This document shows positions 1-10,152 of a stretch of 20,000 nucleotides of DNA, piece by piece (the stretch's first letter is position 1; each line of letters opens with the position of its first letter). Origin of the DNA: Chiloscyllium plagiosum (taxonomy: Eukaryota); NCBI RefSeq assembly GCF_004010195.1, contig NC_057753.1:12631732-12651731 (forward strand), read 5' to 3'. The notes beneath the pieces are model-generated. The model searched no databases, had not been told where the DNA came from, and was given only the letters and a program-made list of their open reading frames with translations. Made by a program: the position numbers and the translations under genes.

Positions 1-829
1 TATCCATGGCGGTGACAGATCTCCTGCTCCTGGTCACCACAGTAATATTAAACCGGATTGCTGAGATTTAATTTCCATTCAGTTTCCTGTCCATCACTCC
101 CGTTTGCAGTCTCCGTATTGTCTTATCTTCGATTGCAGGAGACTGCACCGTTTGGCTAACTGTATATTTCACCATTGATCGATTTGTGGCGATTTCCAGT
201 CAGAAGCTGAAAATAAAATATTGCACGAAAAATACAGCAGCACGAGTTATAGGAATCGTGGCTGCAGTATGTGTTATAAAAAACGCATTTTTGTATTATA
301 TATATATGAACCTCTGTACACATTCAACAATGTACCCTGGTTCTGCAAACCAATATTGATATTTTATGTGTCACCTGCATGGGCTGCATATGTCTTAATA
401 CGTTGCATTTTCAGCCCTGTTCTTCCATTTACTCTGATTTTACTATTCAATGCTTTGACGGTCAGAAGCATTCTGTTGGCGAATTCAGCGCGCAGGAGAC
501 TCCGGGCCCACAGTTACGTTGTGAATCAGAATGACCCAGCGATGAAAAAACGGAGAAAGTCCATTGTTTTACTCTTTTCCATTTCAGGTAGTTTCCTCTT
601 GCTGTATTTGTTATGTTTTATCACGATTTTCTATGTCCGAATTGCCAAAGTTACGTATTTCTCAGGTTCAGATTTCAGTGAGTCAACATTTGTCCTTGAG
701 GAGAATGGATTTATGCTTTTATTTTTGTGTTCCTGCATCAACCCGTTTATTTATGCTGGAACCCAAAATAAATTCAGAATTGCGTTAAAGAATGAGCTTA
801 AATATCCGTTGTGTCGATTTCTTCAATAA
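1..829 (+). pseudogene. GPR139/GPR142-like class A GPCR pseudogene (TM2 to C-terminus; 5' part lies outside the window)
   Basis: Frame 3 from nt 3 reads SMAVTDLLLLVTTVILNRIAEI*FPFSFLSITPVCSLRIVLSSIAGDCTVWLTVYFTIDRFVAISSQKLKIKYCTKNTAARVIG..., with DRF at 177-185 and an in-frame TAA at 69-71. It shifts at the (TA)n run near 297-307 into the frame-2 ORF: YEPLY...VPWFC...PVLPFTLILLFNALTVRSIL...DPAMKKRRKSIVLLFSISGSF...CINPFIYAGTQNKFR...*. NPxxY is at about 740-754. Confidence 0.9.
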
Positions 830-2054
830 TTCGAAATATGAAAATGGAAATATTCTATGTTAGCCATGTGCAATGTTCCAAAAGTATAACGTAACAATAC
901 TAGACAAGAAATATGCCATTTAAACAGAATGTGTAGTAAGAATGAGTAGTATCAGGATTTCTTGCACGTTTTATTCATTTGATGTTGTTTTTTTGTGACC
1001 AGATAAACCAATGTATGTTGTTTCCCATAATTACATACATATTGTTAACTTAAAAGACAATTTGTCTGAAATAAATCAAAACGCTATCTCCTGTACAATT
1101 GACTGAGGCTGTGTTTCGTTAAATCAATGGATTTTAATGATCTATTGTACAAGTAACTGAGCTATTGTAAATTGTGACAAGCTGTTGTGTTATGAACAGA
1201 AATGCAAGGGATTTCAGTGATCAGTCAAAAATAATCCAAAATAAATTAAGCGTAAATAGACAATTGTGATTGAACTTAACCAAATGCTGTACCATGGAAT
1301 CTGAGACAATAATGTTTCTATACTCTCTAGAAATAGCTTTGTATCACTGAGTTTGAGTGATCAGACCGCAGATCGAATCAGCTCCATTTCCTAAATAGAA
1401 GAAGAGCTGAATTTATTTAATTTTTTGAGCTTGAGAAAGGTTTCAAAAGAATTTTCTGTGTGTTCAGAACCTCTCGTGTGTTTCCACACAATGAGCTAAG
1501 GTTGTGAGTCGAAGTATTGCCGGTAGCAGAATAAATAATATTCATTGCTGGTGGGTTTATACGAACAAGTTGAAATCCCAATTTCTCATTAGGTCTAACC
1601 ACCTGAGAACAGCAGTTGAGTCATACATTCTCAATGACACAGATCTGAAAAACGTTTTCTACAAGGATAAGAAAATCAGAGCAGGTGGATATTTCAAATT
1701 CAGATTCGAACCAGTTTCGGAAAATAAAAAAAAATGTAATGCCTTCAGTCACAATTTTTTGTCAGAAATGCTCCCCACACAACCCCGACTCCAAGAAGCT
1801 GCACTATCCTATCTGCTCTTTGCTGGGCGATGTTTGAATTTTACTGACTTTGGTTCTAATCTCTCTCCTCAATAGTCTTCTGTAATGTATTATCTCACTG
1901 ACATGTGTCTTCAGAATTTAATTGTATCGAGAGTAGGGAGTACTAGTTCCTATTCAATGGAAGAGTTCCAAAATGGGCTACCTGCAGCCGTCACTTTGGA
2001 AGGGGTTTTTTGTTTCACAGATGTGAAGGTGGTTTAAAACCCATTCCAGATGTT

Positions 2055-2320
2055 CTCATCTTTTATTTCAAAACAGGAATATCGTTGGTTTGCTCATCAT
2101 TTATTTCTCATCACTAATTTCCACGTCGTGCTGATGGTGATGGTGTGCTTTCCTGAAGCCATAAAAGGCATACGCTGTTGGGGCAAAATGTTATTGTTTG
2201 GGATGGTGGGTGCATCGTGGGAGATTTTTATCATGCCAGTGAAACTGATGAGCATTCGCAATGTTGCAAGTCAGGATGGTGTATAATTCGAGATTAACTT
2301 GTAGGTGGTCGTGCAACGCT
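2055..2320 (-). mobile_element. Old 3'-end fragment of a CR1/L2-group LINE (same family as 17880-19600)
   Basis: 2265-2312 (caagtcaggatggtgtataattcgagattaacttgtaggtggt) visibly resembles 17941-17990. The family assignment is from recall of shark LINE 3' ends. Confidence 0.5.
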
Positions 2321-2841
2321 GAAGCCCAGAGTTTTACATTGGGTTCGTTTGTTTGGACCACATATCATGTCTGGAATTACGCTAATCTAATCGCCTGTGT
2401 ATTGGTCGGAGTGACTCCCGTGATCTGATCTGGAATCAGCTTAATTTAAATGACACTTTTTTTTTGAAACAGTCCACACTTCCTTCATGATACGAGAATG
2501 GCATCTTCCAGTATTTAGCAAAACATAATGAAGAATACATTTGTTTTTTGTAAATGCAGCCAGAATTAATTGTCACGCATGACTGTTATTCATCATTAAT
2601 ATGTTATTTCTGTTCTATCTCCTGGAACCTCTCCTCCTTTTTGCCTATCAACATTCACTGGATAACCCATCGTCATCAGATTCAAGATGTTCACTGAGAG
2701 AGGAGAGTGAGTGCTGCATAACTGTGGTCCATCCATCTATCTTTCCTCTATTCACCTGACATAGCAGTGAAGCGACGGCGCGTGGATCAAACCAAACACC
2801 ATCCTCAACCCCCAGTTTGAGTTTGGTCAGGTTCCCGCCAA

Positions 2842-2909
2842 CAGGTTCGTTGGAACATCGTGTGCTGAAGGACATGTACTGCGCTGTGATGCTCTATGTT
2901 CTTTGTTCT
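2842..2909 (+). mobile_element. Short CR1-type LINE 3' tail
   Basis: aacatcgtgtgctgaaggacatgtactgcgctgtgatgctctatgttctttgttct matches the CR1/HER1-like 3' terminal motif followed by a (TTCTATG)n-like tail. Confidence 0.55.
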
Positions 2910-3269
2910 CAGTGCTCAATAGAATCATAGAGGCATACAACATGTTTCATCGTGTGTGCAGGGGTAACAGAGTGCACGAGAGTGGGAGTAAGTGTGAACT
3001 GGTTTGCGTATGAATGAAAGAACCTGTCACCCTTTGCAATCCGCAAGCACCAGCTGTTCTAAAACAATGGAACAATGGTATTTCTTCATTTTACAATGTT
3101 GGATTTATTATTTTTGAATATCTAACGCATTAACATTCATCTGTGAGAGAGTTTTCGTGAAGATGTTGGTCGTGTGAGAGTGAAAGTGTGAGAAAACGTG
3201 CCTTTGGCTGTGACATAATTTATGTAATTGAGAGCAGGAGCAAATTACTGCCGAAACTGAAATCTAATG

Positions 3270-3370
3270 AAAACAGCAAAAAAACATGCTGGAAATCCCA
3301 GTGTGTCAGGCGGCATCCATGAAGAGAGAAAAATCTAATGTTTCGAGTCTAAAATGTCCTGCTTCAGACT
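3270..3370. repeat. Fragment of an interspersed repeat, probably derived from a Penelope terminal repeat, with a decayed hammerhead-like motif on the minus strand
   Basis: The minus strand of 3337-3368 reads tCTGAAGC-aggac-atttta-gactc-GAAAC. The surrounding atgctggaaat...gtcaggcggcatccatgaagagaga resembles a common shark repeat (recalled). Confidence 0.4.
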
Positions 3371-3397
3371 AGGAGAATAAAACTTCATCAATACGCG

Positions 3398-3719
3398 AGG
3401 TCGGGGAGTCCAGAACGAGAGGGTATAGGTTTAGGGCAAGAGGGAAAAGATATAAAAGAGACCTTAGGGGCAACTTTTTCACGCAGAGGATTGTACATGT
3501 ATGGAATGAGCTGCCAGAGGAAGTGGTTGAGGCTGGTGCAATTGCAATATTTAAGAGGCATTTGGATGGTATGTGAATAGGAAGGGTTTGGAGGGATGTG
3601 AGCCAGGTGCTGGCAGGTGGGACTAGATTGAGTTGGGATATCTGGTCGGCATGGACGGGTTGGATCGATGTGTCTGTTTCCATGCTGTACATCTCTATGA
3701 CTTTATGACTCTATGACTT
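3398..3719 (+). mobile_element. 5'-truncated CR1/HER1-type LINE (ORF2 C-terminus, 3' UTR and tail)
   Basis: Encodes GESRTRGYRFRARGKRYKRDLRGNFFTQRIVHVWNELPEEVVEAGAIAIFKRHLD and ends in ctatgact-type tandem repeats. Directly homologous to 8130-8447. Confidence 0.92.
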
Positions 3720-4401
3720 TCATTCGTTGTTCAGCACGTGTCTGTTACTCCAACTTCATCATCAGGCACATATCCATCTTGCGTAAGGCATCTGTGTGTC
3801 TTTGGGCAAAACGTGCGTTTACTTAAACACCTGTGAGAAATACAGTGTACGCACTACAGAAACCGCAATTCTATCTTTTAAAGTGGAAATTTGATATTAG
3901 GAATATTGTTCGAAATTGCCAGGGAGCTTCTTATCACACTAATACTTCGCAATAGAGCTATAGGATATGATTACCTCATCAGTGTAAGGCAATGTGCACT
4001 ATATACTAAGCATTTCGCACCTGGACTTTCCAGTTTTAATCATTTCCTTCTTAATTCCAAAAAATAATGTCCATTATGATTGACGACAACTTCGGTCGGC
4101 CTCAGGATACTGCAAATAATCCTGACTTCTGGAGGTTTTGCAATCGACAAAACAATTTTTATGTTACAATGAACTTAATGTATTGCTTGAGTTATCATAA
4201 CTCATATCCTATACCGTAATAAGATTTTAGTACAATGTGCAAGCTGCTGGTTAAGGAAAGTTCATACATCCCAAAACGGAAAGAAGAGCCGTTTGTCAAT
4301 TTCGAGTCAATGTAATGTCCAACAGTATAACAGATTAATCTGACGAGACCATGCACAAAAAAAAAATCAACTTCGGCCTAATAATATGGTACGTAATAGA
4401 G

Positions 4402-5236
4402 TCATAAGTTATTTACCATAGTTCACCATAGCAAAGCACAATTTCATGACCATTAAATTCCTTTACGTCCAGACAGCGTTCAAGATTTGGAAGAATTCAT
4501 CCTGATTCTGAAAGTGCAGAGAGAATTTTTCCAGAGTTTATTTTTAACAGATATGAAAAGCTTATTATCAAAACTATTTGTTCTTAAGAATACCAAAACT
4601 ACTGGAATCAGACAGCAAATGATGACGTCTTATGCATTCAAGGCATTTCAGAGAAAAAATTATTTCCAAAAGTTGTGAAGCTCAGCTGTCTTATATTCAA
4701 GTTGCAGTCCGTTATATATAGAAAGACTGCCCAGAAAGATAACGAAATTACAATCTGAACTTCACTTAGAATTCATTAGGCATGCAGATTAAATCACGCT
4801 GCAACATAATTGTCACAAGTGATTATCCATAGTTGACCATAACAAAGCACAATATCATGCATGGCACAATATCATCACAATTAAATTCCCTTACAGCCAG
4901 ACAACATTCAGTTTTGGGAAAAAAAAATCCTGATCCCAACAGGCGAGTCAGAATTTTTTTCCAGATTTTCTTTTTAAATGAAATGAAAAGTGTATCATCA
5001 AATCTATTTCTTCCAAGGAATACTAAAGCCACTGGAATCGGATAGCAAATGATGATGACTTATGCATTCAAGGTATTTCAGAAACGAAATTGTTTCCACA
5101 AGTTGTGAAGCTCAGCACTGCCACAAGTTGCCGTCAGTTATTCAGAGAGTGAGTGTGCAGATAGACAACAAAGTTACAACCTGAATTTCACTGAGAATCT
5201 ATTGAGAATACACATTAAATCACGCTTCTACACATT
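4402..5236. repeat. Diverged tandem duplication of two ~410-430 bp units (about 4402-4811 and 4812-5236)
   Basis: Collinear shared blocks: ccatagtt(c/g)accata(g/a)caaagcacaat, actggaatc(a/g)ga(c/t)agcaaatgatga, cttatgcattcaagg(c/t)atttcaga, agttgtgaagctcagc and attaaatcacgct. Confidence 0.9.
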
Positions 5237-5517
5237 TAATTTTCGATATTATGAGGATGATCATATTGTTATACTTGTGTGCGAATTGCTAACCGCGTGC
5301 ATATCATAATGCAACATGTTTTTCAGCCTCTATGTAGTGAAACTGCTCAGTCTAGATACTGACACGAGGTCTAATCACTAACCGAAAGCAATCTCATCCA
5401 AGTTCTAAATTTTTCTGAATATGTATGTGGTGGATTAGTTGGAACTTTTGATTATTGCGAAATATTTTAGCATTTCAGCATGAATGTCACACAGGTATAT
5501 CAATAGATTTATATCAT

Positions 5518-5612
5518 GTCCACTCGAAATCAGTATGCATAAGGTGAGAAGGAAAGACATAACAGAAATGTAGGGGGCAACGTTTTCACGCAGATAGTGG
5601 TGTGTCTATAAG
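5518..5612 (+). mobile_element. Short CR1 ORF2 3' fragment
   Basis: aaggtgagaaggaaagacataacagaaatgtagggggcaacgttttcacgcagatagtgg aligns by eye with 8168-8230 and 3433-3492. Confidence 0.65.
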
Positions 5613-5726
5613 ATGTGTCCATTTCCAGTGCGAGCAGCAGCGAAGGTATGACCGTTTGGTTTTAAAAGTGCTTACCGGTAGCGGGCAGCGGTGTTTATTT
5701 TTCTCTTTCACTCTCTCTTCACAGAA

Positions 5727-6226
5727 NNNNNNNNNNNNNNNNNNNNNNNNNNNNNNNNNNNNNNNNNNNNNNNNNNNNNNNNNNNNNNNNNNNNNNNNNN
5801 NNNNNNNNNNNNNNNNNNNNNNNNNNNNNNNNNNNNNNNNNNNNNNNNNNNNNNNNNNNNNNNNNNNNNNNNNNNNNNNNNNNNNNNNNNNNNNNNNNNN
5901 NNNNNNNNNNNNNNNNNNNNNNNNNNNNNNNNNNNNNNNNNNNNNNNNNNNNNNNNNNNNNNNNNNNNNNNNNNNNNNNNNNNNNNNNNNNNNNNNNNNN
6001 NNNNNNNNNNNNNNNNNNNNNNNNNNNNNNNNNNNNNNNNNNNNNNNNNNNNNNNNNNNNNNNNNNNNNNNNNNNNNNNNNNNNNNNNNNNNNNNNNNNN
6101 NNNNNNNNNNNNNNNNNNNNNNNNNNNNNNNNNNNNNNNNNNNNNNNNNNNNNNNNNNNNNNNNNNNNNNNNNNNNNNNNNNNNNNNNNNNNNNNNNNNN
6201 NNNNNNNNNNNNNNNNNNNNNNNNNN
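5727..6226. other. Assembly gap (500 N)
   Basis: Run of exactly 500 N, probably a fixed-size placeholder. ORFs spanning it are artefacts. Confidence 0.99.
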
Positions 6227-8447
6227 TTAGTTTTAAATTAGTGATGTAAAAAGACAGACTGGATCTAAAAGTTGAGTCTCGACATTGGAATGAGGCAAGA
6301 ACATTCAAAAGCTAACTTGGGGCAGATGTTCACTGATAAAGGGACGGTTGAAAAATGGAAAGCCTTCAAAAATGAGATAACGAGAGTCCAATAAAGGTAT
6401 ATTCCTCTTAAGGTGAAAGGAAAGGATGTTAGGTATAGGGAATGCAGAGTGACTAAAGAAGTAAAGGGTTGGTTAAGAAAAAAAAGGAAGCGTATGTCAT
6501 GTACAGGTAAGACAGATCGAGCGAATCCTTAGAGAATAAAGGCAGTAGGAGTATACTTAAGACAGAAATCAGGAGAGCAAAAAGGGGACATGAGATACCT
6601 TTTGCAAATACAGTTAAGGAGAATCCAAAGGATTTTTACAGATACATTAAGGACAAAAGAACAACAAGGGAGAGAATAGTATCCCTCAAAGATCAGGAAG
6701 GTGGCAATTGTGTGGAGCCGCAGGAGATGGAGGAGACACGAAACGAGTATTTTGCACCGTTATTTACTGTGGAAAAAGACATGGAATATATAGAATGTCG
6801 TGAAGTAGATGGTGACGTCTTGAAAAATGTCCATATTACAAAGAAGGAAATGTTGGCTGTCTGAAACGCATAAAAGTGGATACATCTCCTGGACCTTATC
6901 AGGTGTACCCTAGAACTCGGTGGGAAGTTAGGGAAGTGATTAATGGGCCTCTTACTGAGATATTTGTATCATCAATAGTGACAGATGGAGATGCCAGAAG
7001 ATTATAGGTTGGCTAACGTGGTACCACTGTTTAATAAAGATGGTAAGGACAAACCCAGGAACAATGGAACAGTGAGCTTGACATCGGTGCTGGGCAAGTT
7101 ACTGGAGGGAATCCTGATGCCCATAATGTACATGTATTTGTAAAGGCAAGGACTGATTTGCGATAGTTAACATTGCGTTGTGCGTGGAAACTCATGTCTC
7201 ATAAACTTGATTGAGCTTTCTTTGAAGAAAGAACGAAGAGGGTTGATGAGGCCAGAGCGGTAGTTGTGACCTATATGGACTTCGGTAAAGCGATCGTCAA
7301 GGTTCCTCATGGGAGCCTGGTTAGCAAGATTAGATCTCATCGGACACAACGTAGAACTACCGATTTGGATACAGTACTGGCTCAAAGGTAGAAGACAGAC
7401 GGTGGTGGTCAAGGGTTGTTTTTCACACTGGAGGCCTATGACCAGTGGAGTGCCACAAGGATCAGTAATGGGTCCACTACCTTTCATTATTTATCGAAAT
7501 GATTTGAGTGTAAAAATGACAGGTATAGTTAGGAAGATTCCAGATCACACCAACATTGAAGGTGCAGTGGACAACGAAAACAGTTACCTCAGATTACAAT
7601 AGTATCTTGTTCAGATGGGCCAATAGGCTGAGAAGTAGCAGATGGAGTTTTATTTAGGTAAATGTGAAGTCTGCTTTTTGGGAAAGCAAATCTTATCAGG
7701 ACTTCAACATTTAATAGTAAGCTTCTAGGAAGTTTGCTGAAAAAAAAACCTTGTAGTGCAAGTTTATAGCTCCTTGAAAGTGAGTTGCAGGTAGATAGGA
7801 GAGTTTCGAAGGCGTTTAGTGTGTTTTCTTTTATTGGTCAGGAGTGTAGAAGTTGGGAAGTCTTGTTGCGGCTATACGCTACATTGGTTAGGCTACTGAT
7901 GGGATATTGCGTGCAATTCTGTTCTTCTTATCGGAAAGGTGTTGTAAAACTTGAAAGGGTTCAGAAAGATTTACAAGGATGTTGCCAGGGTTGGAGGATT
8001 TGAGCCACAGGGAGAAGTTGAATAGGCGAGGACTGTTTTCCCTGGATCATCGGAGGCTGAGCGGCAACCTTATAGAGGTTTTTAAAGTCATGAGGGGCAT
8101 GGATAGGATAAATAGACAAAGTCTTTTCCCTGGGGTGGGGGAGTCCAAACAAGACGGCATAGGTTTAGGGTGAGAAGGGAAAGATAAAGAAGAGACCTAA
8201 GGGGCAACTTTTTCATGCAGAGTGTGGTATAGGTATGGATTGAGCTGCCAGAGGAAGTGGTAAAGGCCTGTGCAATTGCTATGTTTAAAAGTCATCGAGA
8301 TGGGTATATGAATAGGAAAAGTTTAGAGCGATATAGGCAGGTGCTGGCAGGTGGGACTAGATTCGGTTGGGATATATGGTGGGCATGGACGAGTTCGACT
8401 CAAGGGTCTGTTTCCGTGCTGTATGTCTCTATGACTCTGTGACTCTA
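6227..8447 (+). mobile_element. Decayed CR1/HER1-type LINE: ORF2 (reverse transcriptase) and 3' UTR
   Basis: Recognisable RT-ORF pieces: KENPKDFYRYIK, ANVVPLFNKDG, YMDFGK..VKVPH, TSGVPQGSVMGPLPFIIYRND (7441-7503), KIPDHT in place of KFADDT (7534-7551), LERVQK, MLPGLEDLSHREKL. Many stops and frameshifts. Ends in ctatgactctgtgactcta. Confidence 0.95.
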
Positions 8448-8454
8448 CAAGTAA

Positions 8455-9290
8455 AATAACTTCTGCAAATGCTTATGATTTAAAAATTTTGCTTGATTTT
8501 TACTGTTTCATCCAAAGTGCACAATTTCACATTTATCTCACATTACGCTCTGATTATCAGTTTTCTCTGCTCACTTGACTTTTTTTTAAGAATCAGCTTA
8601 CGTACTCTTGAATCATATGTTCAAATCTATTTCTGAGACGTATCATGTTTGATAATGATACCTTCTTACCGTTATCCATGGTATTCATAAACATTCTAAA
8701 AGTTCAAAGAATCAGCACTAAAATATGGGCTATGCCAAAGTTTGCATTGTACCAATAAAAAACCATTTTGCCAACTCTTGGTTTCCTGTTAGCAAGTTTA
8801 TCTATCTACGCAAATGCAACAATTCTTATACCATGTCAATTAATCTTCACATTAACCATTGATATGATACCTTGCCAAATACATTTTGGAAATCTGCGTT
8901 TTTCAAATATTCCACACGTTATGTTACGATTTTTTTATAAAGTCCAATAAAGTTTAATGAGGATTTGTTTTGACAAAGTACATTTATAATGCCTGGCTAC
9001 TTTTATCTCAATAGTCCTGTTGCAATGAATTTTACAATGAATTTGAAAGTAAACAGTTTGAGAGATGTTAAACTAACTAGCGGGTAGTTTCCTATTTTCT
9101 GAAACATCCAATACCCAACCCTCCACTTCCTGAATAAGGGCCTTAATTTCGCAATTTATGACGATACTGAAACCTGGAAAAAAAGAATAAATCCTGGATA
9201 ATTAGAACCAACTAAACCATTACTTCTGCTATAAATGCAACAGAATATCTTATATTTCTGCGCCATTAACAAGCATATTTTAAGCTAAAA
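8455..9290 (-). mobile_element. Highly diverged CR1 RT-region fragment (antisense)
   Basis: Antisense CR1 hallmarks: ccaaagtgcacaatttcacattt...cacatta, ccttgccaaatacattttggaaatc (DF.KAFDKV-like) and gatgttaaactaactagcgggtagtttcct (GNYRP.SLTS-like). Confidence 0.6.
8788..9011 (+). repeat. 224-bp direct repeat, copy A
   Basis: Ungapped match to 9929-10152 with 15 mismatches by hand count (about 93% identity). Confidence 0.95.
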
Positions 9291-9928
9291 TCCAATACGT
9301 TTACATTGCAGTAATTTTGTGGCAATTGGAAGTATAAAGCGTTGCTAATAATACAGCATAACAACATTCAACGAGATAATGATACTATTCAACCCTCCCA
9401 GAGACAGTGAATAAAAAACAAAATAACGATGTTTGCATCTTGCGATGATAATGATAAATCGGGAAAGTATTCAAGTGGTGAAGTGGAAATTGGCACATAA
9501 AGGCACACAAACATTGAAGAGATAAATTAAGCAGGTCCTTCAAAGAAACTACGTGGATTAAGTCCTAGATTACAAAGTTGAATGAGAGAGAATAAAATAT
9601 TCAGATGGACCGAAATAACCTCAGCCAATGACACAAATTATAACTTTAAGTGACCAGGTAAAACGATTAATGGAGAGAATGACTGTATTAAAATACAGAT
9701 ATTTTATCAAATAAACAGAATAATTTGTACGATTGAAGTGATAGACGTCACTAGTTAAAAGCAGTAACAATTTGTTGGCGGCAAAATGAAGAAATGATGC
9801 AGTTGAATTATGAAACATGAATTTACAGCTGAAGTTCTATACGTCACCTGGCACTCCAATTATTGCAATGATAGGGTAGTAGATGGCAAACACCAGACCT
9901 TCTGGTATTCCGTGCATTTCTAATGAAA

Positions 9929-10152
9929 GTTAGCAAGTTTATCTATCTACGCAAATGCAACAATTCTTATAGTGTGTCAATTATTCTTTACATTAACCAT
10001 TGATATGATACCTTGCGAAATACATTTTGGAAATCTGCGTTTTTCAAATATTCCTTACGTTACGTTACAATTTTTTTAAGAAGTCCAATAAAGTTTAATG
10101 AGGATTTGTTTTGACAAAGTACATTTATAACGCCTAGTTACTTTTATCTCAA
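9929..10152 (+). repeat. 224-bp direct repeat, copy B
   Basis: Ungapped match to 8788-9011 at an offset of 1141 bp. Confidence 0.95.

Noticed and set aside
221..829. 202-aa ORF as a standalone intact gene
   Set aside because: It starts at TTG and its first ~28 residues are out-of-frame sequence. It is the post-frameshift half of the GPCR pseudogene.
1417..1875. ORFs 1504-1875 (+) and 1417-1602 (-), the latter after an acceptor-like ttctcag
   Set aside because: No recognisable motif, non-ATG starts, and lengths within chance expectation.
3381..3761. 10-bp direct repeat AACTTCATCA (3381-3390 and 3752-3761) as a TSD or 3' transduction of the CR1 copy
   Set aside because: The right copy is about 32 nt beyond the tail with no second tail, and CR1 insertions often lack clear TSDs. 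Cannot be distinguished from chance.
5586..6308. Three long ORFs of 179-240 aa
   Set aside because: Artefacts of translating through the N gap.
9420..9900. Possible + strand CR1 fragment
   Set aside because: Only a vague resemblance; too decayed to support without an alignment.
8788..10152. LTR element (two direct repeats flanking an internal region)
   Set aside because: No TG...CA ends, PBS/PPT or TSD. The repeat unit is itself decayed antisense CR1 sequence continuous with copy A's flanks.
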